DNA of 64,000 nt from Podarcis cretensis (Eukaryota): contig OX638155.1 of assembly GCA_951804945.1 (NCBI GenBank), positions 65,782,001-65,846,000 of the forward strand. Direction: 5' to 3'. Below are positions 49,615-64,000 of the stretch, piece after piece (the first letter of the stretch is position 1; every line of letters begins with the position of its first letter). The position numbers and the translations under genes are program-made. The notes under the pieces were generated by a model, which worked only from the letters and a program-made list of their open reading frames with translations, searched no databases and was not told where the DNA came from.

Positions 49615-50994
49615 AAGATAATAAAGGTCTATAACGACCATTAGGCTTTGTTGAATACCACCATTATTAGAAACTCACAATTATACCTAATCACAACGAC
49701 AATGCCCTAATGTTGCATTCCTTTTGAGTTACTGAAACAGTGAATAGCTGAGCTGTTTGTATTTTGCCATGTAACACTAGGAAGCTGCTCTCAACTTCCA
49801 AGGTTCGCTAATAACTACAGGAGCATTTACAGGCAAATAAAATGCAATTGATTCAAAAAGTAATTCCACAGTTTGGATACAATCCAATACAGAATTAGGA
49901 CATAGAATTGATTTCCCTTGCCTGAAATTAGCTGAAGTTGGTGCAGGATTGTGGCCTTTGTGTTTAGATGTCTCTCTCTCTTTTTCAAGTCATTTTTAAA
50001 AAATCTGAACAAGCTTCGTTTCATTTCATCTCTAGCCCAAAAACACAGAGAGATTGTTTGGTCTCAGGCTCTGACATAATTGAGCTTCTCATTAGTTTCT
50101 TTCCACTAAGAGCAAACAGCCTTAATTAGCAAAATACAGTTTCTCGGTGGGAAAAGGGCACAACAACTTCCTCGGCAAAATCCCCTGCATTAATTGGGTG
50201 CAAACTCTGTGGGAAAGACCAAAAGATAACCACCTCCACCCACATGGCCACATTCTTCACCTTCAGCCTTCACTTGCATCAAAGGATCAGGCAATGATAA
50301 AGTAGCTCCCATGCTGCAGAATGCGCATGGCAGTAGCAATTCAGGGTTGATCAAAACTGAAATAGATCAAAAGTGAGCAGGGAGAATAGGTGTTTGACTT
50401 CCAAGGAAAAAGCTAATGAATATTAGATAAATATTAGACTTTCTCTGGAAGTCAGCCAAGTGAGTCAGTCTGAGGGTTTTTATTGTTGTTGCCCTTTTGG
50501 CATACAGAAAGGCTCCCTTTCTTGATCCACCTGCATTCAGCTCAATCCAATATAGAAAAACTGGTCTAGGAAACACTAGGATATTGTTAAGCCTCTGTAG
50601 GCAGGCACTCCCCACCCCCACCATTTGTAGCACAACATAACAAGGTTAACTGCAATTCCCATCATCCCTGACCAATGGTCTTGTTAGCTAGGGATGATGG
50701 GAGTTGTAGTCCAAAAACAGCTGGAGACCAAAGTTTGGGAAACCCTGGCTTAGATTAGGTGGGGTAATCATATAAGGGTGGTAGAGGTACAAAGGATCCT
50801 GTTTTAATGCAGAAGAAAGAGAACCACGTGGAAAGGATGTTCTTCCCATTATTTTAAATGTCAAGCAACTATCAATACCCCATATAATCCCTCCACTAGT
50901 TGGAGGGATTACCTCAGCATTCACTGAGCCTACACTAGGTAGAGGGAGTCTTATTAGCTTACAAGGCAATCTTACATGCAAATGATTACACTTA

Positions 50995-51215
50995 AATATG
51001 ATAGCCATCTAAAGGGCTGTCATATGGAGAATGGAGAAAGCTTGTTTTCTCCTGCTCAGGAGGCTAGGACCCAATCCAATGGATTCAAGTTACAAGAAAG
51101 GAGATCCGGACTAAACATCAGGAAGAACTTTCAGACAGTAAGAGATGTTTGACAGTGGAATGGTCTCCCTTAGGTCCTGCTGCTGGACTCTCCCTGCCAA
51201 TTCTTTAATTCTATG
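50995..51215 (+). mobile_element. CR1 3' fragment
   Basis: Homologous to 39985-40320 (aaacatcaggaagaacttt...acagtaagag). Confidence 0.8.
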
Positions 51216-52710
51216 AAATATGCTCTGAAAATAGGAGAGATGCATTCCCCCATTTGATAATTTGTGTAAAATGGCCGCAATACAAAGAATGACACAACTA
51301 GACCCAGTATGGGCTTTGCGGCCCCAAGTAGCCTCCCCCCCCCCCCAAAAAAAGCCTGTAGGCTGGCATTCTATACAGGAAGCCACAAAAAGGGTAAGAC
51401 AGAATAGAGACTGCTTATCACATAAAGCATTTCCTAAGTCCATCCGGGCATATAAAAGTTCTTTGGTGCGGACAAGCCCTTCAGTATACGTGAACAAACC
51501 CTCAGGATTGCAGCCTGTCATTTCATGAAACTGTCACTGAGTCTGAATAGGTATCCAAAATACAGAGGGAACTATCTTTTCTCTTGTCCAACAGGCGCTT
51601 TGAGCTCAATGCTAGCAAGAGAGATAAAGAAAAGTCTTTTGGAGTCCTCACAATGGAAACCATGTATGCTTACTCTGATAAGAAGAGGCTTCCAATTTAA
51701 AATGAACGCTACTAAGAAACCATTCATGGGCTAAAGAAAACAGATCCTTTCTTTAACAAACAATAGTTAGCAGATTTACAGTAACAGTGATGCAGGGGTT
51801 CAGTCAAATTAAATTCAGGAAATATTATTAGTTGTGCATTCTAATTGTTAGTTCCGCAAACAGAAAATCTCATGGAGTGGGTTTAGTAAACATTTACTAA
51901 ATATTTAAATGAAGGATGGAGCTGCTTCTCTGACACAGCAAACATTTATTTCTTTTCTCTTGTTGTATGGCTAATATCTTACATGCTTAAAGAATGTACC
52001 AACATAAAAATGCAGGTGTCTTCTAGTGAGGTTGAAGGGAAATCAACTCCTTTTAGGCAAAAGTCCTTTCTCCACCCCACAAATAGGCTGAACTAGCTGG
52101 GCTGAGAAACAACAATGCCCCACTGATAAATTCAGAATAAAGACATCACAGAGTTGACCCTGTAAAGTGCATAGACATACGGTGAGGCTCACCACCAGCT
52201 ATCAAGACAGAGACTCGTGTTGAATCTGAACAAGACCTGCAACTTCTGAACCAAGGACTTATGTCTTGGATAAGTAAAAGGGGAACAACTTTAGCAATTG
52301 GCTTCTGCTATCCCCCACCACACACATACTTGCGTTGTGCAAGAGTCGGTCTTGTGGTACTTACCCAAAGACCCGACATTTGAAAAATGTTGCTTGATAG
52401 CTATCTCCACAATGCTATTCAAGCACAACTGCCAGAACCTTGCAGACCTTTTGCCTCAAAAGGGAGCGGATTGTAGTGAACTGAAATCATCTGGACTGAA
52501 CCTACCTTTTAAGTCCACCAATGTAAATTCCCACATATATTTTGATACCTAATTCTAGGCAAGTACAGTTAACTCTGAACATGTGTGGAGGACAGCACTA
52601 CAAAATGGATTTGCTTTTAAAATGTTAATGACAGGTCATATCAAGTGCAGCCGGGATATTGCGATCGTTAAAAAAAGACAGCTTAGGTGATGCATTGGAT
52701 CTGTATAAAA

Positions 52711-52850
52711 CAGGGCTGGGGAACCTGTGGCCCTCCTGGTGAATTGCTGGACTCCAACTCCCATCATCCCTGATCATTGGTCATGCTGACTGGGACAGAG
52801 GGGACCCGGAGTTGAACAACACAAGAAGGTCCACAGGTTCTCCACCCCTG
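52711..52850. mobile_element. hAT-type MITE
   Basis: TIRs cagggctggggaacctgtgg / ccacaggttctccacccctg. 8-bp TSD gtataaaa/ctataaaa. Confidence 0.85.
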
Positions 52851-53922
52851 CTATAAAATCTTAAGGAATTTCCTTCCACTTGCATAGAAAGGTCTCTTTT
52901 TCAGATAGCTAAAAAAGACCATCACAATATATTATTTTGATCAGCGGCTGTGACTGATAGACTAAGGGGTCTTCTGAAGAGTGCATGTATGTACTAATTT
53001 GTATTTAAAATAAGACTATATTATGTGTGTTTTATAGATTGTAAGCACTATAATTTGTAATAATAAAAGGGTGTGATTTATCTTTAAAAATAAACATAGA
53101 CATCCATAATCTTTCAGATGGTTTTAGCCTGAACAAATGTAAGGGCAACATGCGGTTCTCATGCATTGATACTATACAGCTATTACACCAATAAGCAGCA
53201 CTCATACACATTGCAGTAAGCAAATAACAAAAGACAGATGGTCTCACCTTAAGGTGATATCACTACATCAAACGAAAGAGGCAAGGGATAAAGCAAAAAC
53301 AAGAACTATTATCCTATGTTAGAAATACTCTACATACATTTATTACACATAGAAATAAAATCTGGAACACAGTACAGAATTATTTGAGAAAAAGGTTGTT
53401 GTTTTCAAAAAATATTATTTTTGAAGTCATTTGAATCAGAGATCACCCATTGTTTACACTCACTGCAGATGTAATGGAAATACCTCTTTCCATTATGGAG
53501 ATTTAAGGAGATTGAGATTAGGCCACAGGACTGTAGCTACATCCCCTCTCTAGAGTATATTTATTTATTAAAAGCATTTATACACCACCTTTAGGCCCTA
53601 ATACAATTTACTACATTAAACTCATTAAATTATTTAAACCAGAAAGCATTAAAACAAGCCAATCAACAGGCAGATGGTAATTAAAATAAGTCCAAATCTA
53701 GGTTGAATTAAATGTTTAATGCATTTGCATTTAAATATACAGGATATGCGAGTACCAATTTAAGCCTCATGTGTGAAAATGACCTTGGACAATGTATTTC
53801 AGTGTTTCAGGATGGATAAACATTTTGTAACTTATTTTCCCTCTCATCTTAGCTGTGCCTGAGTGCTACAGTCCAGCCAATAACAGTAAACTATGGTTAA
53901 GACTAACTAGGGTTTAATTTTA

Positions 53923-54275
53923 AAAGGTAAAGGTAAAGGACCCCTGACAGTTAAGTTCAGTTACAAACGACTGTGGGGTTGCAGCGCTCATCTCGCTTTA
54001 CTGGCCGGGGGAGCCGGCGTTTGTCCATAGACAGTTTTTCCAGGTCATGTGGTCAGCATGACTAAGCGAAACCAGAACAGTGCACAGAAACGCCGTTTAC
54101 CTTCCCGCCGGAGCAGTACCGATTTATCTATTTGCACTCTGACATGCTTTTGAACTGCTAGGTTGGCAGGAGCTGGGACCGAACAATGGGAGCTCACCAC
54201 ATTGCGGGGATTCGAACCGCCGACCTTCCAATCAACAAGCCCTAGGCTCTGTGGTTTAGACCACAGTGCCACCCG
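53923..54275 (-). mobile_element. Sauria SINE
   Basis: (AAAGGT)n tail complement, body homologous to 16553-16909, TSD tagggtttaa. Confidence 0.92.
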
Positions 54276-57200
54276 TAGGGTTTAACTTAACTGCTGTTAA
54301 ATCTCCTACCAACTCCTGACTGCATTAAAGGCAAGAAAGGGCTTAATTGCCATGATCCCCTGACCCACGCTCCATCACTGTTTCTTCCCATCTTCATGGC
54401 CAAAATGACAGGCACAAGATGTTTCTATCTGTGACTTTAACTTCCTATATGCACTACAGGGATGATTCATAAAAAGGGAATCCACTTTTTTCCAGCATAC
54501 TTGTGAACTAGGTTGTATGTTGCCATGCTCAAGAGTGGAGACGGAGGAAGCTGCTATCTGGACAAGCCCTCTGTGAGCCAAATCAGTGGCAATGTGTGTT
54601 GAAAACAATAATGTTTGCTCCCTTAGATATTACAGAGACAGACAAGGGCTGTAAATAATCCAAATGGCCCATTTTCAATCCTAAACTTCAAAGCCATGGC
54701 TGAGAAGAGCTCTCAGGCTTTGTCAAGCATTTGATGGCATTTTTTTGCAGAGAATATTCTTCCCATCGTAAAGGCCTTTGTGCTCAAGGGAGGGATTTAG
54801 CACAGAAGACAGAATCCACAGGTAGGCAATCAATATTCAAGTTTCATTCCATATCCTTTCATCTCACTAGAACTATTTATAATCCACAGAACATTTTAAC
54901 CCAAATTCAATTACCCTTCGGAGTAAAGAATTATCATGTCCTATAGCCTTTGTATGCATTTGCTTCGCTTTCCGTTGCAGTGGTCAAAAGAATCGTCAAG
55001 TCACTGTAACAAATACTTCACTATCATTAGCTTTAAACAAGAGGTATGACTCAATGTATGATGTATGTCGAAGCACAGCTATGGCAAAGAAATATACTGC
55101 ATGCTGATTTCTGTAACCTAGACACATTCTGTCTAGGACTGTCCTTATTTAATGTAAATGAATTTCACAAACCCTATATTTATCCCAAGAACACATTTAC
55201 ACTTAAGTTAGTAACATACATTTTAATGAACTGCATACTTCCCGTTGTTTGTTGCTGCTACACTTGTGGATTTCTTTCTTGCATATACTTTTGAGCAGTA
55301 TTTCTCTTTTTTTAAAGCATCATTACTATAATCATCATCCCATGTCAACTCCTCAACTTTGTAAGTGAAATCAGGAACTGATGATAATTGCCAGCTGAAT
55401 GCACATAATCACACATGACAAGTTACACATAGGGTTTACTCAGTTTCTCACATAAAAGCAACTTCCATGACATCCATTGTAGAGTTGCTCCATTCTCTAT
55501 CAAATGCTGCTCCACAGTGAATAGAATTGTAGATGATTTCCAACATCACTTTTCAAAAAGGAAACAAGTCATGGCCACTTGGGCTGTGAAATAGTTGTGT
55601 TTTCTGGTCCATGTTAAATTGTGTGATAACCTTTCCAGAATAAAAAAGTTTTTTAATGTTTGCGATAGACTCACAGGAAATATTTAGGAATACATGAAGG
55701 GAATGGTTATGGTAGAACACCTGCTTTGCATGCAGAAGTTCCAGGTTCAATCCCTGGGCGACTTTTCCCATTAATACTGACCTACCTGGCAGTTGTTCCT
55801 TGATAGTTTCCATGCTGCCCTACCAATTTTAAAGGTGAAAGGCCATAATCTCCAATGTTCATTATAAACTAGTATCTTTTGATCTTGTGAACTTTGAAGA
55901 TCACAAAGATAGATAATAATTCTAGACTATCCTTAATTCTATTTGGGATTATCTAGATGCAAAACATCTAAAATATATACTTTCAGGCGTATCCAAGACA
56001 CATTGTGCTTTGCAAGTCTTCTCCCTCCTGCACACTCAGTCAGAACCTAAAACTACATCAGCAGGGGAAAAAATGCTTAGGAGGACTGAAGCATAACAAA
56101 TGCTACAACAGCCAAATATCACAAACTAGTATGTGCTGTTTGCACAAATAGAAGCAGAGATGTTTAAGGCTGCATGCTAAATCTTCAGTTCAAAGCATTC
56201 TTCCTTGTGTGTTATATTGAAATAGAGCAAGCAGTCTTCCAAAGAAACAAAGCTAATTCTGATTTTCCAAATGTTCCTCTTTCAAAGGGAAGACTTTATG
56301 AAACCATTATAGAAGGAAATCAAAAGCATTAGGCTGAAGAAATAGGAATAAAGAAAATAAGAAAATTTAAAGAGATAACCTGGCATTTTTCTTGCAAAAC
56401 ATAAAGCTTATTAAAATAATATTTTGCTTTCACATATGTTCCTCTGGCTTTTGAAATCTATATCATTTCCCAGTTTAGTAAGACTGGAATTTCCCCTTGA
56501 TTTTACTATACTTTAATCTGGTTCTGAATAAGAGGGAGAGAGGCTTCTACTTAAATGAAGTCAGGCAGATACCAGGCAGATTTCAGACAGCAATATCATC
56601 CCTAGGCTGAGGGCACCATAAACAGAAACTCCAATTAAGTCTGTAACAATTCAGTTTGTTACAGCAAGCTTTCACTGCACTAAACCTGCCTCTCCTACAG
56701 GGGGCATGGAAACATCATGTCCAGCTTGTCAAGAATCCTAATGGATGCCTTCCAGCAGGCTTTCACAAATATAGTTTTGCAGAAAAATTGGATCCGATGT
56801 GATGTTAATACAAGAACTCTGAGAGGTGACATTGTACAAGTATTTTGAGAGCTGACATTGTTGCACAAGTAGTAGCACTCAAGCTTAAATGTCACCACAG
56901 GTATAACAATAACAACTCCAGTTGCACTAGGGGGTTCATAGTATCTTTTGCAAGTGCAAGACAAACATTGGATTTGGCTGTTGTGCTACAGTACGGCTGA
57001 TAGACCCTAGTGGAATGGCTGTACAGTATTACATGTGGGCTGCCACAATTGGATATCACCCATTGTATTTCATCAGAAAAATACCATGAGAAGTTAGGTG
57101 ATGCTTGATAAATATAGACTTCAGCAGCCCTATAGCCAAGGCACACTGCTCATATGAGCATGTTCCTAATTGAGGCACACATTTTTAAAATTAACATTGT

Positions 57201-58110
57201 CTTGATGAAAATGCATACCAGATGGTTGCAAAATGTTATCACTTCTCTTTTCCAGCTTGCTATGAAAAGTTAGGTTTCCATACGTTCCGTCACAATATGA
57301 GAAGCTGGAGACAACCGAACAATGTGATTTGCATGAAATTATATTGTTTGAGAGCAGAATGGATGCCCTCAGAAGGTGGTGAACTCTCCTTTTTTGGAGG
57401 TTTTAAAGCAGAGGTTGGATGACTATATGTCAGGGAACTTTAGCTATGACTCCTGCATGGCAGCGGGTTGGAGTCCCAACTCTACAATGCTATGATTACA
57501 TAAGTGGGGGCCAAGGATCTCAACCTATATACTTTATAAAAGTTTGGATGGGCTAATTGCCCTAGTTAATTGCCATCCTTTCTCCAGGGCCATTGCTTCT
57601 TCTATCCTGGTCTAAATTAAAAGCTAGCAAGTGATATTACAAAAGTAGCTTTGAACCAATTCCAATAATACATGTTGTGGGTCTGTCCATTAAAAGGTTT
57701 CAGAAGAAACCCCTCTCTATCACTAAGCCTTTGGATTGTGGTGCAAATAAAACTAAAACCTATAAGACTAAGGGATAAATCTAATGCACATCTATTCCCA
57801 AGAGTTTATTAGTAGATTTAGTTTTCCTTTAAGCTCTTTTAATTGGCTTGCAGCTCAGCTCAGGAAGTATTTAAGATGATCATCGCAAGTTGCACTAAGC
57901 CTGATCAAGAAGATTCTGCTTTTAACTAGAAGATTACCTCTCAAAAAACTTATATTGGCTATCCTAATTGAAAACAACTTGATTTTTTAAGGGGATTTTA
58001 GGTGCAAAAATCAGCACTTGGAAAAGCAAACATCTGAGAACTACTGAATACTCAAAGATACGATGAAAGGTAGTAGAGCAAAATTAGTCAACCTGCTGTA
58101 GTCATCTAAT

Positions 58111-58279
58111 NNNNNNNNNNNNNNNNNNNNNNNNNNNNNNNNNNNNNNNNNNNNNNNNNNNNNNNNNNNNNNNNNNNNNNNNNNNNNNNNNNNNNNNNNN
58201 NNNNNNNNNNNNNNNNNNNNNNNNNNNNNNNNNNNNNNNNNNNNNNNNNNNNNNNNNNNNNNNNNNNNNNNNNNNNNNN
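58111..58279. other. Assembly gap (N run)
   Basis: Run of n at the tail of a BovB copy. Confidence 0.98.
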
Positions 58280-58458
58280 TCGTTTAGTCATGTCTGACTC
58301 TTTGTGACCCCATGGACCAGAGCACGCCAGGCATTCCGGTCTTCCACTGCCTCCCGCAGTTTGGTCAGACTTGTGTTTGTAGCTTCGAGAACACTGTCCA
58401 ACCATCTCGTCCTCTGTCGTCCCCTTCTTTTTGTGCCCTCAATCTTTCCCAACATCAG
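58280..58458 (-). mobile_element. RTE-BovB 3' fragment
   Basis: Reverse complement closely matches 2904-3083. Confidence 0.92.
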
Positions 58459-61194
58459 ATAGAGATAGATATCACATTTATCACTGTAAGCAGGGATTCA
58501 GTTTTGATTGCCCTGGTTATCATGACAAGTGAGATGAAAGGAACTGTAGGCTTCCTCTCCATTCAGAAGTTCTATGCACCTACTGGAAAAAATGCTGAGC
58601 CAGTAGTAGGTGGCATGACCTCCCATTGTTGCTGCTGCTTACCAGGGGGTAGAGGGGGAAACTTGAGGTTGGTGTGGCACCACTCTACCACCTAGTTTTG
58701 CCCACCAGTTAAACTTGGCTTGTTATGTTTGGGGGGAGATAATAACCTAGCTCACTTGCCTTCAAAGGTTCTAAAGCAGAGCTAAAATAGCTCCATGTCA
58801 TATTCCAATAGTCGTGCAAAAGGACTGGAGAAGTACATTCACTCCTGTTTCCTGCTACCAGGATGAATTCTCCTTTGTAATTCTTTTTGGTGGTTTTAGC
58901 TTATGGAATTTTCTTCTCTGCCTCCAACTCACTTAGCAGTTCAGAAAACACACTACTGAAACTGCTGATGCCAATCTCGGATTGGAAAAATCATTTCATT
59001 CCACTCACTCATTCATTATTGCACTGAAAAGCAATAAAGAGCAGGCCTCATGGGTGCCCTAAGGGAAGGTGAATGGGTCAGAAATACTTGAACTTTAGGA
59101 ATTTAGAGAATCCAGCAACAGGCATCATCTTAGCCGTAGACTGAGAAACTACAGGATGCCTTCTAAGAGCTCTAGATTTCAGTAACATATTTCAGATTTA
59201 ATAGACAGGGGAGAGATTAGAGACAGGGTTCTCTGTTAAGCTAACATGAATGAGCTTTTTGACAGGAGAACAGATCTTCAACTGCTTGAAACTTTTAAAT
59301 GCCACATTAGTGGCAGTTTGGGAGAAGCTGTACATTTCACCAAAGGAAAATCACCTATTGCAAACGGACAGTAAGGAAAGTTATAAATGGAAAAGGAAAA
59401 GATAAAAGAAGTATGTTTTCTCAGTGGTAGTTGCTGCTACCAAACTCCTGGAAGCAGGGATACTGAATGCAGCAAAACAGTTTATAGGGAAACTTCATTC
59501 TGGATTTGAGAAACTAGGATCACTATCTAGTTTACAGATTGACCACAAGAAATTCGGTGCTACACTATTAAGTGTTCTTATGGCCATGTTGATTTCTTAA
59601 AGTTCCCTACACAGATGCACAAATCACCATACTGGCTTGGATTCAATTGTTGAGCATCCTTATTTTAAAACATTTTGAAATCTGGGCTGAAAATTAATGC
59701 AGAAGGTCACATCCAGGGATGTTGGCATACAAAAATGCAAAGCTAAAAGGAACTAAAGGTTTTCCTTACAATTTAATCGTCAGATGAAAGTACTTAGCAT
59801 TATAGCTAACAAAGTCATTGTGCAAGTGGAACGGCTTCTGCTCACTCAACAGATTTCTGCTCCCTCATGTCCCCCTGTGCAGCCCTCACATCTGGGGTTC
59901 CACCAACTCTCTGGAGCAGTTTTGGGGATGTCTGGCAGTGTTTAGGGGGGAGGAGAGAGAAGGGAAGATCCATAATGTAGGCAGAAGTTCTTCCCCTCAC
60001 ATCATGACTTGATCAGATTCAACTCTTAATCTGATGTCAGTAGAAACAAGGTGATGTGTAATAACTTTTAAAAATAAAAATTAAGATGCTGCACACAAAA
60101 AACAAAGGGGTTTTTGCTATTGACACCAATTGGCTGCAGACTCCAACCTTACATATTTTTGGGAATGTCCCACTGGATTCAAACAAAATCGCTTCTAGGT
60201 GTTTGTATACAGGACTGCAGTCTTAGCCTAAAATCCTGTGTCTACCCAATTATTAGCATTTTTAAAATAAAGTGCCATTGATGTACAGAGGTCTGTGCAA
60301 AGAACATATAAACTAAATCCTGAAAATTTGGAAGGCAACAAACGACTGGGGAAGAAACAAGTGAAAATAAGCAATCTGGGGGGACAGGGATGGAGGACAG
60401 AATGGGAGAGACAATTGTAGCAGCTTGCCTTTCATTTAAGAATATAACATAAAAAAGAACCTTGCTAGATACGGGCAAAGGCCCATATAGTCTTAACATT
60501 CTGTTTTCACAGTGGTGAACTACATGCATTTGAGAAGTTCAGTAGCACTTGTGATTCCCAGCAAATGGTATTCATTCACTTTGTCCTTCCTATGACATTT
60601 TGGCCTGTGCAAGGTTTCCAGTTTACATAAGTACCAGATAAATGATGACACATGACTACATACATTTCCTCACAATGTTTCTCTAAACATATGCTTTTTT
60701 TGCTTCACGCCTATACTGTAAATATGCTTTCAGTGATGGCTGTTTCCCAAACTATCGTTCTAAGAAACTTTCCAGTGTCAAAGCAAGGGGTGACAGCATG
60801 TGTGACAGAGAAGCCTATTTTCTATCTACTTTTGAAAGTTATGCCACATATGAAAGCCAATTTCTTCCTTCTAATATTTCCCACACTAACCTATCAAATG
60901 CTTTGTCACCACCATAAAAAATTGTGAAGTGAAAGTATTTCTGTTGAATGTTTATATAAATATTGATTTCCCATGTCTGTTTTTCATATTCCTTTCCTCT
61001 CTTTTTGTGAAATGGACTCTTACTGAAACTTCAATTATATCCTATAGAGTTCCTACATTTTTTCACCAAACATATGTTATATTCAGAGTGACCATTTAGA
61101 TTTGCAGAGTTATCTTAGCTGGTCAAAAACAAAAAAAAAAATTGCACTTCAAGGAGTTTAAAGAAGCAAGAGCAGTCCAGTAACAATTACTTAC

Positions 61195-61343
61195 TCGATT
61201 GTGTTCCTGTCCACTTTTCCTGTCATGTTAATGCCATAGAACTGCTGCATAGCAGCTATAGCAGATTTCATTGTCTCTGCAGTGCGCAACACTGACATTC
61301 TGGGGTCAGTTGGTGGAAGATAGCCGTACTTTTGTAGCCACAC
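61195..61343 (-). CDS. MMP16: MMP16 exon 2 (propeptide), 149 bp
   Basis: Reverse strand reads ttatag|GTG TGG... = VWLQKYGYLPPTDPRMSVLRTAETMKSAIAAMQQFYGINMTGKVDRNTI+GA|gtaagt. Matches the MT3-MMP prodomain as recalled. Not in the ORF track; read manually. Confidence 0.96.
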
Positions 61344-64000
61344 CTATAATGACAAGCATAGTTTGTATTAGGGAAGATTTGCAATCTACTATCCCCTAGG
61401 TGCCATCTAGTTAAGCTTTTCTTTCAAACGTTAAAAGATGCAATTCAAACATAGGAAAAACAAATCAAAATGCATTTTCTTAATATTCACTAAGAATGAA
61501 ATACAGTGTTTATGATCCAATTATTGCAGTGGAATGTGCACACTTTGATATCTCCAGACTGTATCCATAGGCAAGAAAGGTTGTAAGAATAATTATTATA
61601 TATATATCTTATGGATCAGAATAAGGGGCAGCATGGAAGGACCATTTGGTAGACAGGATGACCTATTTTTATAGAATCGGGTTGTTATTGTTGTTTTAAA
61701 TGTTGTTTTACAACCCAAGCAGACAGTCCTCACATTACTACCCAGCATCTTCCGGCAATCAGCACCCTCAAGTCCACTGTCAATTATGTCGGCTGAGGTT
61801 TCAGGTCAAGGACAACAGCAGTCCCATTTTTTCCTTATTATTATCATCATCATTATTTCTATACTGTCCTTCATCCAAGGATCACAGTGCTGTTTACAAT
61901 ATGAAAACACAAAAATACATACCATAGTAACAAACAAAAACAATACCCCCAATACACAGTTTAAAAGTCCATAGATTGTTTAATTAGCCAAAGATCAGGG
62001 AGAAGAAGAATGTTTTTGCTTGGTGCCTATGTAACAAAGGTACCAGGCAGGCCTGCATGGGGAGAGCATTGTATTGAAGCAACGTGGATGCTGCTGACAC
62101 ACACCAAAACATGGGGGCTACACTTGCTTCTTTTAGCCACAATGTGCTTCTTTTAGCACAGGAAATCTAAGGCCACATTTGTACATTACTATACTTCTCA
62201 GAGTCGTCAACAATCAATCAAGGGAAGCTCTGTGAGATGAACAGGAATCACCTAACAATTATTGGAACCCTTAGCAAACTACAACTCCCATAATTCTTTT
62301 GGGAGGAAACCACAACCGTACTGCTTTAAACGCATGGTGTGGATGTAGCCTGAGAATGCAGTTGGGGGAAGGGGCAACAGTAGCCCCTCAATCCTGGCCC
62401 TTTAAACAGAGTCCTAGAACTCACCCTTCACTGTGAAATGAAGCGCTCACAGATTCACATTTTTATTTTGTATTTCATTCAGAACTTTATAGAGATCTTT
62501 TAAGCAATACACACACAAACCCTCTCTCTTCCATGTGCTGAACTGTAACCAACAAAGAGTTGATAAGCATCTGACCTAATTAGCAGTGATGTGGTCTGAT
62601 TTTCCACATTCAGCTAAGCCACGTTTATCTCTTACACATCCTGGTTTAATTTCCTTTTAAGAAGAAACTCTCACCTTCAGGCCACATCCTTCTTGGATGA
62701 AGGCCCTCCTCTAATGTTGTTCTGTTCCATTTGGAAATGTTTCATGTGTTTGTAATGATTTTACCCGTTTTTATAACTGTATTTTATTGTCATAGCCCAC
62801 CCTAGCATGTTATAGCAAAGGCAGAATGATCTTATAAATAAATAAAAGACTGTGTCTAGCTTATGTATTTAAAGGTTTGCAACTAACATATTTAAAGCTT
62901 TGCAGCTTCCTATCTTGTACCTTGTGAGGAAGTTGTCAAATCACAGTGTGCTGATACTGGGCTAATCAGTGTAACTTTCACAATTAGAGTGACAAATCCC
63001 CATCATACTTCACTTGCAATGTCAACTTACACACCATCACTAGATGGAATAAAGGACTGTAAGCTTCACATAAAAGTGAAATGTACACCAGCTATAGAAA
63101 GGCAATCCTAAAAATATCCACTGTTCATACTAACCATTTATTTTGAAATAACCTATCAGTTCTTGAGGTCTCTATTCCCAAGTCTAGAAGAACATTACCA
63201 GCAAATCATCCCTCTAATGCTAGTGTAATGTCATGAATGTTGTTTGGGCATATCTATGGGTGCTCCTGATCTTAAGCCTGATGTGCTGCCACAGGAAAGT
63301 TTTAAGACTTCTCCAGCCACTGACCACATTAATAGTAAGCCACCCTTCAGAGGGACACATGTCAGTGGTGGACATGGCCGAAGTACTGCATGCATACACT
63401 CACCACAAATACAGACTACACAAGCAACCACACACAAATCCACACATGACAAATGCAAGTACAGAGCACACGCACAGCACTGGGAGATAAAGCTGGTGAG
63501 ACATTTCCCATGGCTTGCCAGTCCAGATCTGGGACACAGGTTCATGGCAGATATGGCTACCTGTGGCTACTGGCCATGATGGCTATGCCTCCACAGCTGG
63601 AGGCAATCATCTGTTTTAGCATTTCAGCTTTCAGGTGTTTATTTATTTTATGATCAAGCAGTGTATAATTTTTTTAATAAGTAAATAACATAAAAAAGAG
63701 TGGAGAGTGCTCTTGTGCTTGGGTCCTGCTTGTGAGTTTGTCACTGTGAGAATAGGATGCTGGACTAGATTGACTTTAAAAGCCCTTTCCTAAGACTGCT
63801 GCAGCTGTAAGTTCTTAGGCTGCAGCTTTAACAAGGAGCAATAGCCTGAACATGAAATTACTAATGCAGTCATTCAAGAGACAAGCTTTTTGCCCAATCT
63901 GTTTTACACCCTACATAGACATGTTGACGGAACCTTTGTTAAGGAAGTATTATTTATGAACAGGATTTATATCCCTCCTGACAACAAAAATACTCTGAGT

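Noticed and set aside
63231-63653. Cluster of overlapping ORFs of 66-111 aa
   Set aside because: Low-complexity CA-rich sequence with no recognisable domain or splice structure; probably a decayed repeat.

Overview
Eukaryotic (squamate, most likely lacertid lizard, judging from Sauria SINEs, BovB, CR1, L2 and lizard-type L1 sequence) genomic DNA lying wholly inside the MMP16 (MT3-MMP) gene on the minus strand. Five coding exons are present (exons 2-6: 61195-61343, 48219-48341, 40675-40979, 25472-25633, 21432-21646). All have GT-AG boundaries and compatible phases, and they encode the prodomain, cysteine switch, furin site, catalytic domain, hinge and start of the hemopexin domain. Exon 1 and exons 7 onward were not found and presumably lie outside the window. 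The introns are full of transposon relics, microsatellites and two assembly gaps. The most unusual observation is a pair of related, TSD-flanked, apparently full-length ~2.1-2.25 kb non-autonomous L1 derivatives (17020-19267 minus; 33596-35694 plus). Each has a CpG-rich 5' promoter, an ORF1-only coding region, a vestigial ORF2 C-terminus and an A-rich tail, i.e. a HAL1-like ('half-L1') architecture. The second copy carries an uninterrupted 203-aa ORF that is colinear with, but very diverged from, the first copy's ORF1. An internally deleted bipartite BovB, a solo LTR with a perfect 5-bp TSD and several nested insertion clusters are also present. Family names rest on recall and by-eye comparison, not on database searches.
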